A DNA stretch of 32,000 bases from Candidatus Methanoperedens sp. (GCA_041494705.1 JBGQBI010000006.1:150001-182000); one strand, 5' to 3'. Shown: positions 6,436 through 15,493, counted from the first letter of the stretch. Numbers and translations: made by a program. Notes: generated from the sequence alone by a model not told the origin.

Positions 6436-8922
6436 TCATCCCGCAGCCTCAGGTTCGGAAGCTGACGCCGCCCTCGGCGGATTCTCCTCAATCACTGGTC
6501 TCTCCTTCCTGTAATCCTTAAGCCTCCTGACTATTATCTCTGTTAAAAACAATCCAAGCGCCGCAAGCAGGAAAGGTTCTTTTTCACTCTTTGGCTCCTC
6601 CACTGTCCTGACTGCTTTTTCTTTTATATCAAGGAGAAGCAGACCTTCGACATCCTTCTCATCATACACGTGCCCGCCGTTTGATTCTATAACAGAAATA
6701 AGCTGGTCATTGAATCCAACATCCCTGTATTCAAGCGGGTAATTCACTGCTATCCCGTATCCTGAAAGGTCGTGGAATCCTTCTTTCTCAAGATTTATGG
6801 GTGATTCGTATGTCGTCGGTCCTGTTCTGGAAAGGTCAAGTGCCGCGCCGTCAAGTTTTACCTGCGGAAGCGTGTTAGAAGTAACCACTACCCTGCCGGG
6901 CGTTCCGCCCCAAATGTCCTCTGCCTGTACAACCACGCCTTCCTTCGGGCGCGGGTCGCCTATCGCCCAGTTTATCATTCCCGATATGAGGCGCGAGTTC
7001 TCGCCGCTGTAAACCTGGGGAGCCCACATTGTTAAGCCACCCCCGTTATCTGTTGTGAACGAAACAACCCTCCCGAGCCCGAAGCCCCAGCTCGTGAGAA
7101 TCGGTTTTCCGCGCGTGGTGGCTACGAGTCGGTCTCCTCCAAGTTTGGGTGTGACGTCATTATATCCTGTAACCGAGGCTGTGAGGTTGATATATTTTGT
7201 GATGAAATGGTTTGTGTCCACTGCTGCGAGGGGGTATTCGTAACTGACTTCGGGGGTGGGTGTGGGGGTTGGTGTAACCGAGGGACCCTGTCCGATTAAA
7301 GTGCTGGCTCGTTCATCCGGATTCAGGACTATGGCGGGACCATCCGAAGCAAGCGCAAGTCCATTATACAGTGGGTTTGCTTCTTTGGTTGCTTCAAAAG
7401 ACAACCTTACCTGGATAAAATGGATTTTAACATCATTATTTTTTAAATCCACAACGGTCTTTTTTATCTGGTCAAAACCCTCAGGCGGCATCATGCCATC
7501 AGATAATACTATTATTTCTTTTGTCCCACTGACAGTATTTAACAAGTCTCCGGCAGCGTGAAGTCCTTTATCAAGATCTGTAGGGTTGTCGCCGCCTTTC
7601 GGGCCAATATCCCTTATGAATTTTTCAAGAACCGCTTTATTGGCTTCGTTACCCATTGGCAATATATCCGTTTTTGCAGTCACGCCGCCAAAAGCAACTA
7701 CGCCCATGCGACTATCCTGTGCAATATTCTGGACCAAATTCAGGGCGTTCGCATCCTCAAGACCTATAAAAGAAAGCCCTGTTGTAGGGTCTTCCCCCAT
7801 AGTGCTCCCTGATGCATCGATCACAACAACAAGGTTCCTCCCGCCCTGGTACTCAGCCGCCCTGGAAATTATCGGCAGCATTGCTTCTACAGGCGAATTG
7901 TTGTAATTTCCCTTATCATAAGCAGAATCCCCACCCACCACAACAAGCCCGCCGCCCCCGCCCACGTATGTCCGTAAAATATCAGCGCTCAACTGCGCCG
8001 CGCCTTTGTTATCTATTATCACAGCCTTGTAAGCTGCAAGGTCGTCAGGAACGGAGTTCATGGTCGTGACATCATACAGGCTTGTAGAAATTTTATAAAG
8101 CGGCGAGCCTGTATCAGCGGTCACAGCGAGAACCTTAGGCTTCGGAACAACGAACACGGATTTATAGAACACGTTGTTGAGATTGAACCAGTCCTCTCCG
8201 CTCGGGGTTATGGTGGCGGTTACCTTGTGCGTGCCAAGTGAATTGAAGGTATAAGAAACCGGAATGACCCGGGTGCGCTCTGTTTGTGTGATTGTATCGC
8301 TTTTCACAGGCGTCCCGTCTATCTGGACATCAAGCCTGTAAGAGGTCTCATTCCCCGCCTGCCTCACCACGATATTGAATACGTTCTCATTCCCGATTAT
8401 AAGGTTCTTGGCGCTTTCTATCTCGACGCTTGCATCGTTATGTATGGGTGCCTGTTTCACAGCAAACACGCGCGTGCCGGTTTTGGAAACAAAGGAGATG
8501 GCATCGAACAGGTCTTTACCGTAGTTATTATTCCCGTCGCTCACAAGCACTATGTTGTTATTTCCCTCCGCATCCTGGATAACCTCATCCCCGATTGGCG
8601 ATTTTATACCTGCAAACTGCCTCGCTGTGGTCGGGGTTTTTGATTTTATAGCTTCGAATATCTTTCCGCCCGTATCCCTATTGAATAAATCCATGCTCAT
8701 CGTCTGGTCGGATACGATAGTCACCTTCGGCGCCTCATCCCGGACAGAACTTGCGCTCATGGTGAAAGGTTCAGCCAGGGCAATTATAAGAAGGCTCAGG
8801 ATTATCAAGCGAGAGAGTATGATGAGCTTCGGAATACCTTTCCTTATCGCATACCAGCCGACAAGAATCAGGGGGCTAATTAACAGGATAATAAAGGGAT
8901 TCGCGAACTGCGGGATATCCAT
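6436..8922 (-). CDS. large membrane-anchored vWA-domain protein (Bat-like), last gene of the MoxR operon
   Basis: 828 aa. N-terminal double-TM segment, MIDAS motif VVVIDASGSTMG, a PTPTPTP linker and a C-terminal TM helix. Its start shares 1 nt with the upstream stop (TAATG). Confidence 0.85.
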   Translation of the reverse strand: MDIPQFANPFIILLISPLILVGWYAIRKGIPKLIILSRLIILSLLIIALAEPFTMSASSVRDEAPKVTIVSDQTMSMDLFNRDTGGKIFEAIKSKTPTTARQFAGIKSPIGDEVIQDAEGNNNIVLVSDGNNNYGKDLFDAISFVSKTGTRVFAVKQAPIHNDASVEIESAKNLIIGNENVFNIVVRQAGNETSYRLDVQIDGTPVKSDTITQTERTRVIPVSYTFNSLGTHKVTATITPSGEDWFNLNNVFYKSVFVVPKPKVLAVTADTGSPLYKISTSLYDVTTMNSVPDDLAAYKAVIIDNKGAAQLSADILRTYVGGGGGLVVVGGDSAYDKGNYNNSPVEAMLPIISRAAEYQGGRNLVVVIDASGSTMGEDPTTGLSFIGLEDANALNLVQNIAQDSRMGVVAFGGVTAKTDILPMGNEANKAVLEKFIRDIGPKGGDNPTDLDKGLHAAGDLLNTVSGTKEIIVLSDGMMPPEGFDQIKKTVVDLKNNDVKIHFIQVRLSFEATKEANPLYNGLALASDGPAIVLNPDERASTLIGQGPSVTPTPTPTPEVSYEYPLAAVDTNHFITKYINLTASVTGYNDVTPKLGGDRLVATTRGKPILTSWGFGLGRVVSFTTDNGGGLTMWAPQVYSGENSRLISGMINWAIGDPRPKEGVVVQAEDIWGGTPGRVVVTSNTLPQVKLDGAALDLSRTGPTTYESPINLEKEGFHDLSGYGIAVNYPLEYRDVGFNDQLISVIESNGGHVYDEKDVEGLLLLDIKEKAVRTVEEPKSEKEPFLLAALGLFLTEIIVRRLKDYRKERPVIEENPPRAASASEPEAAG

Positions 8923-10793
8923 TATAACTCACCCCTCCAGCGCAGGTAAACAAGTTCAAGCGCAACAAAGAACATCCCCGCCATTATTAGATAAATATCA
9001 AGATATTTGGGTTTCCGGATAGTCTGGACATTATACGATATTTCCTTCGAAGTTGAAAGATTCAGAGTCCCGGCTGCAAGCCCGCCTCCCGCAAGGTTTG
9101 ATTCCTTTTCATCAAACAGGTTCACGGCTATATCCTTATCCGGCAGTTCATAAATTCCCACTTCATCAAGCAGTAAAAGGTCTGTTGTTACAGTATCTGC
9201 AGGGGTCTTTATTGTCTGCGTTGCAGGCAGCTTGATAAACTGTCCTGTTTTTGCATTATATTCGCTTACATCCGCGCTTCCGCTTATCCATTCAAGCATC
9301 TGCTTAAAGAAGAGCGGATAGCCCGGATTTGAGTGGAAATCATTCCACACATTTTCATTCAGGGGGTCATAGATATTATCGCCCCTGGGGTCAGCCAGTC
9401 CTGAGTAAATCACCATTCCCTTCCCGGATTTCCAGTAAGCCAGCATAACGGATTTATCCCCCCCTTCAACCAGTGATACTGCTCCTCTTTTCAACTGTGC
9501 CTTGAAATGTTTCTTGACTTCCGTCTTTTCAATGTCGATGCCGCTCGTTATGGTATTTGGGTAGGCAACATTTAAGGAGGTACTGTTTGAGAGGTCGCCC
9601 GGTTCGACAGGAAGGATATCCATGCCCGACAATCCCGGTGATGCGATAATAACCGCAGTTCCCCCGTTATTGACATAATCAGAAAGTGTTTTTACCGCAT
9701 CCGCCTGAAGGGGAGCGCTCACAAAAACAATACGGCCTGACAGCGAAGGGATGCTTTTCGGGTCAGCCTTTGTTACCTTTGTAAAAGGAATAAGACCGAG
9801 GGCGACCACTGAAGGCGATTTAGCGTTATCGGTGATATACAGGACATCTCGTTTTATTGTTTGCGGAATAATCACATAGGCTGTATTATCCACCGAAAGC
9901 GCATCGTCAATGTTCAGGGAGATTTTCGTTTTTCCGGGTTCAAGGTTGCTGACCGCAATATATTCACTTGACTGCCCTTTGATGTTTCTGGTATCTGAAA
10001 GCACGTTCCTGCCGTCTGTTGTAACATCTATCTTTACATCCCGCGCATCGTTATTAAAATTTTTAATGACTATCTTATAATCGCCGTTCGATTCGAACCA
10101 GCCGTTCACTATCCCGACATTATCCGTTCTTCCGCTAATCGTTACAAATTCTACGTTGATACCGTTGGCTTCGGCAAGCGCCTTTGCAACCGAAGGGTCA
10201 TCACCAATCCAGCTCGTAAAATCAGAGAGCACCACTATCCTGCCCCCTTCGGGAAGCACCCTTCGTCCGAGTAGAATGGCGCTTGACAGGTCGGTACTCG
10301 TTGCTTTTGCCTTCAATTTTTTAAGTGCATCCGATGCGCTGCTTGAAGGTGCGTCTTTCATAACCATCACAGGCACGTTTTCAGCGAGAATCAGGGTGTT
10401 CTTTGCCGAAACGAACTTATTCGCTTCCACAACTGCCCTATCAAACTTCCCATCAGCCTGCATGCTGGCGGAAGCGTCAAGGATTATCACGGTTGAACCG
10501 CCACCAGCTTCTTCATTTGCTATGATATAAGGCGCAGCCACAGCAAGAGAGACTAAGATAAGCACGAGCAGTTGTATCAGGAAAAGCGGGTCCTTGAGGA
10601 ATTTCCTGAAAATATTTAGCCGCTTTTTCTTTTCAATATCAAAAAGGAACATGAGGGAAGGGATTTTTAATTTCTTCGGCCTTGGTCTTAAAAGATATAT
10701 GATTATAAGCGGGATGATAGAAAGCAGCGCGTAAAGCCCTACCTCATTGGCGAATTGCATCGGATTTGCATATAAAAAATCCAAGAGACTCAT
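8922..10793 (-). CDS. BatA-like vWA-domain membrane protein
   Basis: 623 aa. N-terminal double-TM aerotolerance-regulator-type segment (LLSIIPLIIIYLLRPRPKKLKIPSLMFL), MIDAS VIILDASASM and a C-terminal TM helix. Confidence 0.85.
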   Translation of the reverse strand: MSLLDFLYANPMQFANEVGLYALLSIIPLIIIYLLRPRPKKLKIPSLMFLFDIEKKKRLNIFRKFLKDPLFLIQLLVLILVSLAVAAPYIIANEEAGGGSTVIILDASASMQADGKFDRAVVEANKFVSAKNTLILAENVPVMVMKDAPSSSASDALKKLKAKATSTDLSSAILLGRRVLPEGGRIVVLSDFTSWIGDDPSVAKALAEANGINVEFVTISGRTDNVGIVNGWFESNGDYKIVIKNFNNDARDVKIDVTTDGRNVLSDTRNIKGQSSEYIAVSNLEPGKTKISLNIDDALSVDNTAYVIIPQTIKRDVLYITDNAKSPSVVALGLIPFTKVTKADPKSIPSLSGRIVFVSAPLQADAVKTLSDYVNNGGTAVIIASPGLSGMDILPVEPGDLSNSTSLNVAYPNTITSGIDIEKTEVKKHFKAQLKRGAVSLVEGGDKSVMLAYWKSGKGMVIYSGLADPRGDNIYDPLNENVWNDFHSNPGYPLFFKQMLEWISGSADVSEYNAKTGQFIKLPATQTIKTPADTVTTDLLLLDEVGIYELPDKDIAVNLFDEKESNLAGGGLAAGTLNLSTSKEISYNVQTIRKPKYLDIYLIMAGMFFVALELVYLRWRGEL

Positions 10794-10796
10794 TTT

Positions 10797-11666
10797 TTAC
10801 CTCTGTTTTATCTGCTTTACCTGTCTCTGGTTTACAACCTCGAATATGGAATCAAATACAGGTTTATCGGTTGTAACACTATGAAAATCCGCCCCTACCG
10901 TAATACATGTCTCTTTTATCTTTGCGATATGGTCGTTTAAGCGCTTCTGATATTCGTCGCGAAGCCGCGGGCTTGTATAGATATCTAATTTCCTGTCTGT
11001 CTCAAGGTCGATTAATTTTGCCTCGCCGCCAAGGTCAAGGTTTTTCTCAACAGGGTCAAGCACCTGGACCAATACAAGTTCATTATCGCCGAGCCTGAAT
11101 ATCGCATTTTTGATAGCATCGGTTTCAGTCATGAAATCAGAAATAATAATAACAAGCGACCTTGATTTTATAATGCTGGCGTATTTTTCCATGCAATAAT
11201 CAAATCGGGTTTTCCCCAAGAGCGCCGTGCTATTCAGGAGGTTAATTGTCTGGGAGAGATACTTCCTTCCTCTCTTTGGTTTTGTGATATTCATCTCTTC
11301 GCCGAAGGTGGATACTCCGAACTTCTCATTATCTTTGGTCACAAGATATGCAAAACCAAGCGCAAGCATAGCGGCATAATCGAATTTATTCCGGAAGTCC
11401 ATGCTCTTGCTGGTATCGAGAAGTATATGGGTCGTCAGGCTCTTTTCTTCTTCGAATTCCTTGACATAGAGTTTCTCTGTGCGCCCATACACTTTCCAGT
11501 CGATTATCTTAAAATCGTCTCCCTGCGTGTATTCGCGGTAGCTCACAGGCTCCATGCCCCTGCCTTTTAAAATCGAACGGCGGCTTCCGCTGTACGCGGT
11601 GGATACGCGTTTGCGTACCATGAAAGTGAAGCGGTCAAGTTCCTTGAAGAATGAGGTATCGATCAT
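10797..11666 (-). CDS. DUF58 family protein (vWA-like partner of MoxR ATPases)
   Basis: 289 aa. REYTQGDDFKIIDWKVYGRTEKLYVKEFEEE and ILLDTSKSM are the usual DUF58 signatures. It sits 3 nt upstream of the next gene. Confidence 0.88.
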   Translation of the reverse strand: MIDTSFFKELDRFTFMVRKRVSTAYSGSRRSILKGRGMEPVSYREYTQGDDFKIIDWKVYGRTEKLYVKEFEEEKSLTTHILLDTSKSMDFRNKFDYAAMLALGFAYLVTKDNEKFGVSTFGEEMNITKPKRGRKYLSQTINLLNSTALLGKTRFDYCMEKYASIIKSRSLVIIISDFMTETDAIKNAIFRLGDNELVLVQVLDPVEKNLDLGGEAKLIDLETDRKLDIYTSPRLRDEYQKRLNDHIAKIKETCITVGADFHSVTTDKPVFDSIFEVVNQRQVKQIKQR

Positions 11667-11866
11667 AAAGCGACACCTCGCTTTATGCGGTATCCACGTA
11701 AACCGATACCCCGGTTTACGTGGTGTTGGGGTATGCTTTGCATACCCCTCGTTTGATAAACCTTTCTTAAAGGTTTACGTATGCCTGTGGGCATACGTGT
11801 CTGTGTCCTCAAGGGGCGCAACCCTTGATACGTGTCTGCGATGTAAAGCGGCGCAACGGTTTTCAT
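11663..11866 (-). CDS. candidate 67-aa very basic bridging ORF between moxR and the DUF58 gene; coding status doubtful
   Basis: The ATG follows the moxR stop directly (TAAATG) and the stop overlaps the DUF58 start (ATGA), so it fills the gap exactly. The sequence is dominated by hairpin palindromes and is Arg/Lys rich. I recognise no homology. Confidence 0.25.
   Translation of the reverse strand: MKTVAPLYIADTYQGLRPLRTQTRMPTGIRKPLRKVYQTRGMQSIPQHHVNRGIGLRGYRIKRGVAL
11665..11828. repeat. array of six consecutive perfect hairpins (7-12 bp stems) inside the moxR-DUF58 spacer
   Basis: The six stems are: ATAAAGCG/CGCTTTAT (11665-11686); CCACGTAAACCG/CGGTTTACGTGG (11694-11723); GGGGTATGC/GCATACCCC (11728-11748); TAAACCTTT/AAAGGTTTA (11757-11777); ACGTATGCC/GGCATACGT (11777-11798); TCAAGGG/CCCTTGA (11809-11828). 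Confidence 0.8.
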
Positions 11867-12814
11867 TTATTTCACGTTTTTCAGGATATCCGAAATCACC
11901 TGGTCTGTTGTCATGCCCTTACGCTCCGACTCGAAGGTGAGGATAACACGGTGACGTAGAATGGGATATGCCATTGTATCAATATCTTCCGTACTCACAT
12001 AATTCCTGCCCCTCATGAGCGCCCTTGCCTTCGCCGCAAGGATAATACCGATGGAAGCTCGTGGCGAGGCCCCATATTCGATATGCTCGCTCTTAGCCCG
12101 CGTTGAAGTCACGATATTAATGGCTCTTTTCTTGATATCCTCTGCTATGGGAACATCCCTTGTGAGTTTCTGCAATTCAAGAACCTCGCCCTTTGAAACT
12201 ACCTGTTTTACCGATGGTGAGATATTTTTCGTATACCTGTTAACAATTTCGTTCTCATCCTCAACCGTGGGATAATCCATTAAAATCTTAAGCAAAAACC
12301 TGTCAAGCTGGGCTTCAGGCAACGGATAAGTGCCCTCCATTTCAATAGGATTCTGGGTAGCAAGGATAAAAAACGGCTTATCAAGGGGATATGTTTTATT
12401 GCCAATTGTTACCTGTTTTTCCTGCATTGCCTCAAGGAGCGCGCTCTGTGTCTTGGGCGACGCCCTGTTAATCTCATCTGCAAGCACGATGTTTGAAAAA
12501 ACAGGCCCGGGTTCAAAGCGGTACTGTTTCTTCCCGCCTATATCCTCTATGATGGTTGTGCCTGTGATGTCCGAAGGCATAAGGTCGGGCGTGCACTGTA
12601 TCCTGCTGAATTTCAGGTCAAGCGCTTTTGATATGGTGCTTATGGTAAGGGTTTTTGCAAGCCCCGGGTTACTCTCAACAAGCGCATGGCTGTTGCAGAG
12701 AATTGCTATCATTATATGTTCAATCGCTTCATGCTGCCCTACGATTACCTTCCCGATCTCATCAAGAAGTTCCTTGAAAACGCCTTTTGAGCTTTTGTAT
12801 GTATCATCACTCAT
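11867..12814 (-). CDS. moxR: MoxR-family AAA+ ATPase
   Basis: 315 aa. Walker A variant ESNPGLAKT, Walker B VLADEINRASPKTQSALLEAMQE, and the typical MoxR C-terminal region (ASPRASI). Confidence 0.93.
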   Translation of the reverse strand: MSDDTYKSSKGVFKELLDEIGKVIVGQHEAIEHIMIAILCNSHALVESNPGLAKTLTISTISKALDLKFSRIQCTPDLMPSDITGTTIIEDIGGKKQYRFEPGPVFSNIVLADEINRASPKTQSALLEAMQEKQVTIGNKTYPLDKPFFILATQNPIEMEGTYPLPEAQLDRFLLKILMDYPTVEDENEIVNRYTKNISPSVKQVVSKGEVLELQKLTRDVPIAEDIKKRAINIVTSTRAKSEHIEYGASPRASIGIILAAKARALMRGRNYVSTEDIDTMAYPILRHRVILTFESERKGMTTDQVISDILKNVK

Positions 12815-12826
12815 GTTTTACCTCTT

Positions 12827-13705
12827 TCAAATCTTACTAACGTTAACTGCATAATCCTCGATTAATTTCTTTTCGGTCTCAGTTTTTTGCATGAGGAGAC
12901 TGTAACCTCCATCAGAAACATTCGAGCCAAGAACATCAACGGGGTACATCGCGGATTTGATGAACTGGTTTTGCGCCTGGCTTGCTTCCTTTATAGAGAA
13001 ACCAGTTCCCGTGCCCTGGTAAATCGTGAGGTCGATATTCTTTCCTTCAATAGAAGCAATTTTGGGTTTTCCGTAGATGTCCCCTCCTCCGCTAGTCCCC
13101 ACCTTCCCAACATCTTCCGGGCGCCCCACGACCTGCATGGTTTCATTCGTAATCGCTCCGGTAGTACCGGTTATGGTGCTTGAGATATTGGTAATGACTT
13201 CCGGCGGTATGCTATATTTCCCTGGGTCTAATGAAACCACAGTAACCCCTGAAATAAATACTATCGTTATTAGTATTTTTAAGACCGTCTTGCCAGCAGA
13301 CAAAAGATGCGAAGATGAGACATTTGTGAGCGCGACAGAAACATTGTCTTTTAATGAATCAACTATTACATTTGTTTCATCCCTGTTATCATACGCTGTC
13401 CTGAGTCTCTCTTTTAATTCATGATACTTATTTTCTATTAACAGGTTGACATTGATTTTACTGTCTTTTTTATGCAGCAATAAGGCGCTTATTATCGCGA
13501 TAATGAAAGCCAGGACAGGTGGAACGAATTTGACTGGAATCGGTAAATAGAAAGAAGATTTATTCAGGAAATACTCAACCTGGAAGATTATAAAAATTGC
13601 ATAAAATATGCTAAAAACGGAGATTAAATCCAGGATAAAAAGAAACCTCATGCGTGTTAAAAACCCTGACCTGATTTTTGAAAGCTTGTCCAGGAATTCG
13701 TTCAT
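12827..13705 (-). CDS. hypothetical membrane protein, first gene of the MoxR operon
   Basis: 292 aa. There are two N-terminal TM helices and one central TM helix. It lies 12 bp upstream of moxR on the same strand. I recognise no family. Confidence 0.7.
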   Translation of the reverse strand: MNEFLDKLSKIRSGFLTRMRFLFILDLISVFSIFYAIFIIFQVEYFLNKSSFYLPIPVKFVPPVLAFIIAIISALLLHKKDSKINVNLLIENKYHELKERLRTAYDNRDETNVIVDSLKDNVSVALTNVSSSHLLSAGKTVLKILITIVFISGVTVVSLDPGKYSIPPEVITNISSTITGTTGAITNETMQVVGRPEDVGKVGTSGGGDIYGKPKIASIEGKNIDLTIYQGTGTGFSIKEASQAQNQFIKSAMYPVDVLGSNVSDGGYSLLMQKTETEKKLIEDYAVNVSKI

Positions 13706-13846
13706 TCAGCCACCTTCTCTGGCTTTATTGGCATGAATTATATTAAGTCTTGGGGATGAACTCCTACTCACCTTAGATTCAATCCGGTTCCTATGCAATT
13801 TCCGAAGGATAGATATACGAGGTCAGCAATTATTAGCTCCCTGTAT

Positions 13847-13920
13847 GCCCAGATAGCTCAGCCTGGGAGAGCGCTGCGCTGAAGACGCAGATGTCCCCGG
13901 TTCAAGTCCGGGTCTGGGCA
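13847..13920 (+). tRNA. tRNA-Phe (GAA)
   Basis: Folded by hand as a cloverleaf: acceptor GCCCAGA/TCTGGGC, D arm GCTC/GAGC, anticodon stem CTGCG/CGCAG with loop CTGAAGA, T arm CCCGG-TTCAAGT-CCGGG, discriminator A. No CCA is encoded. Confidence 0.92.
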
Positions 13921-14031
13921 TGCCTTAACACTCCATGGATATTTTAAACTATCAAATAAGCAAATAATTATTATTTTTGAGATTAGAAATACATTCCTGG
14001 GACTAAAAAAAGTAAAAAATAGGTACCGGTG

Positions 14032-14985
14032 TTATCTTCTTCTAACCAGTACCATTATCAGCAATGCTGAAATTGCCAAAAGCGCTTCAAATGCCGGTGT
14101 TTTTGGCGTGGCAGTCGGCGCCGCTGTTGTGGCCACCGGTGTTGATGTTGCAGTTGGTGTTGCAGCAAGAGCTGTTGTATCTATAAACCCTTCATCAACG
14201 CCTGCTTTACCATAATGACACCTGTAACACCAGCCGTTGAGGGTTCTGATCTGCGTGAAAGTTGCTGGCTTCGTGTCCAGATTGATATGGCAGGTATTGC
14301 ATTTGCTGTCTGTCCCATTGTAATCGGATGCGTGATTCTTTTCGCCAAGCATCCATTCCGAAAAAGACGAATTGGTTGCGGTTGAAGTGCTCGGATGAGT
14401 GGGCATGGTCGGCGTGTAGTTATTTAATTGAGATGCCGTTCCAAGCGCGTTAATCTCAAGTTTCTGTGGACTGGTCTTGAGGGACAATATGGCATATGCA
14501 TATGTTTCTGGAGCCTCATTGGTGCCGTCGGAATACACAACAGCCGGATGTTCTCCCTGTCCTTTGGAGAACGTCTGTACCCGATAGGTCGGATCCGAAA
14601 GGCTGCCGATGACCGTTACCCGTAACTTTTGCCCCACGAACTGATTGATGGTCTTCGTCGGGTCATCGATGCGTGTTGGCACAAGGTCGTCGGCAAGGTT
14701 ATTCACCCTGATGAAATAATTTCCTGCAGCTATGCCGCTAAGATTAAACTGGGCTGTGCCGCCAGCCACTGTGCCGGTTATCATAACCGTACCGCCTGGA
14801 CCGAGAAGTTCGGCCGTGGTAATGGATGTTGCCTTGATATCTCCTTCCCTGTCAAGGCTGGGCTGCAGGCTGAGCGTCAATCTGCCTGTAGTTGTCTGGG
14901 CTGCCACCAATCCTATACATAGTGTAAGCCATACCAATAGCCCTATTAAAGATTTATTTAACAAATGTTTTCTATGTGTATTCAT
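14032..14985 (-). CDS. secreted dihaem c-type cytochrome with beta-rich N-domain and PGF-CTERM archaeal surface-anchor signal
   Basis: Signal/TM segment LIGLLVWLTLCIGLVAAQ; haem motifs CNTCH and CYRCH; Thr/Pro-rich linker; C-terminal PAFEALLAISALLIMVLVRRR of PGF-CTERM type. I chose the start at MNTHRKH because GGAGGAG lies 5 nt upstream. The longest ORF would start at 15024. Confidence 0.85.
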   Translation of the reverse strand: MNTHRKHLLNKSLIGLLVWLTLCIGLVAAQTTTGRLTLSLQPSLDREGDIKATSITTAELLGPGGTVMITGTVAGGTAQFNLSGIAAGNYFIRVNNLADDLVPTRIDDPTKTINQFVGQKLRVTVIGSLSDPTYRVQTFSKGQGEHPAVVYSDGTNEAPETYAYAILSLKTSPQKLEINALGTASQLNNYTPTMPTHPSTSTATNSSFSEWMLGEKNHASDYNGTDSKCNTCHINLDTKPATFTQIRTLNGWCYRCHYGKAGVDEGFIDTTALAATPTATSTPVATTAAPTATPKTPAFEALLAISALLIMVLVRRR

Positions 14986-15131
14986 AATTTCTCCTCCAAA
15001 AGAACTTATTGGAGTGGATACCATCCATTTTTTTTGGACTCCAATAGCTCTTAATCAATTTAATAAGTTTTTCTATATGATATATATCTTCCTATATGCC
15101 CAGGAAATTGGAAAACGGTTGGAAAAGTTAA

Positions 15132-15260
15132 GCCTCGCATTCCATAGAGATGGCTGCTTTTTTGGAGGATATGGCGGGAACGATACATCCGCATCCAACG
15201 CTTTCCGAAGCACTTGCAGAGGCGGCTGAAGTAGCGCTGGGGAAAGTGATTCATATTTGA
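15132..15260 (+). pseudogene. C-terminal remnant of a dihydrolipoamide dehydrogenase / pyridine-nucleotide disulfide oxidoreductase gene
   Basis: Hand translation: [42 protein letters not shown]. The [12 protein letters not shown] motif is the conserved tail of the dimerisation domain of this family. Only about 40 codons are present, bounded upstream by a stop. Confidence 0.55.
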
Positions 15261-15493
15261 GTGTGGAAAAATAAAATCCGATTGATTGGAGGGAGGAACC
15301 AAAAAAAGGAATTGTAATGGATAGGATATGCCTGTGGTTCCTCATGCTTAAAAGTAGTGTGAAGCATTTAAACCTATTTGGTATGATTTCATTAATATTT
15401 TTTACTATTTTTCCAAAAGATAGCATTTATAAAATCCCTGAAAAATCTTTAGAAATAACAAGCTATATCTGCGTTGGACGCTGAAATTCAGGT

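Noticed and set aside
11554-11940. 128-aa plus-strand ORF across the hairpin spacer
   Set aside because: It overlaps the ends of both the DUF58 gene and moxR in antisense. It is open only because of the palindromic sequence and has no start context.
13706-13846. Possible C/D-box sRNA upstream of tRNA-Phe (GGATGA at about 13754)
   Set aside because: There is only one imperfect C-box-like hexamer. I found no CUGA D box at the right spacing and no terminal stem.
15060-15426. 80-aa and 117-aa minus-strand ORFs, the tail of the 165-aa plus ORF, and a 45-codon plus ORF at about 15317
   Set aside because: They lie in an AT-rich spacer that holds the oxidoreductase gene remnant. They mutually overlap, have no motifs and no convincing ribosome-binding sites.
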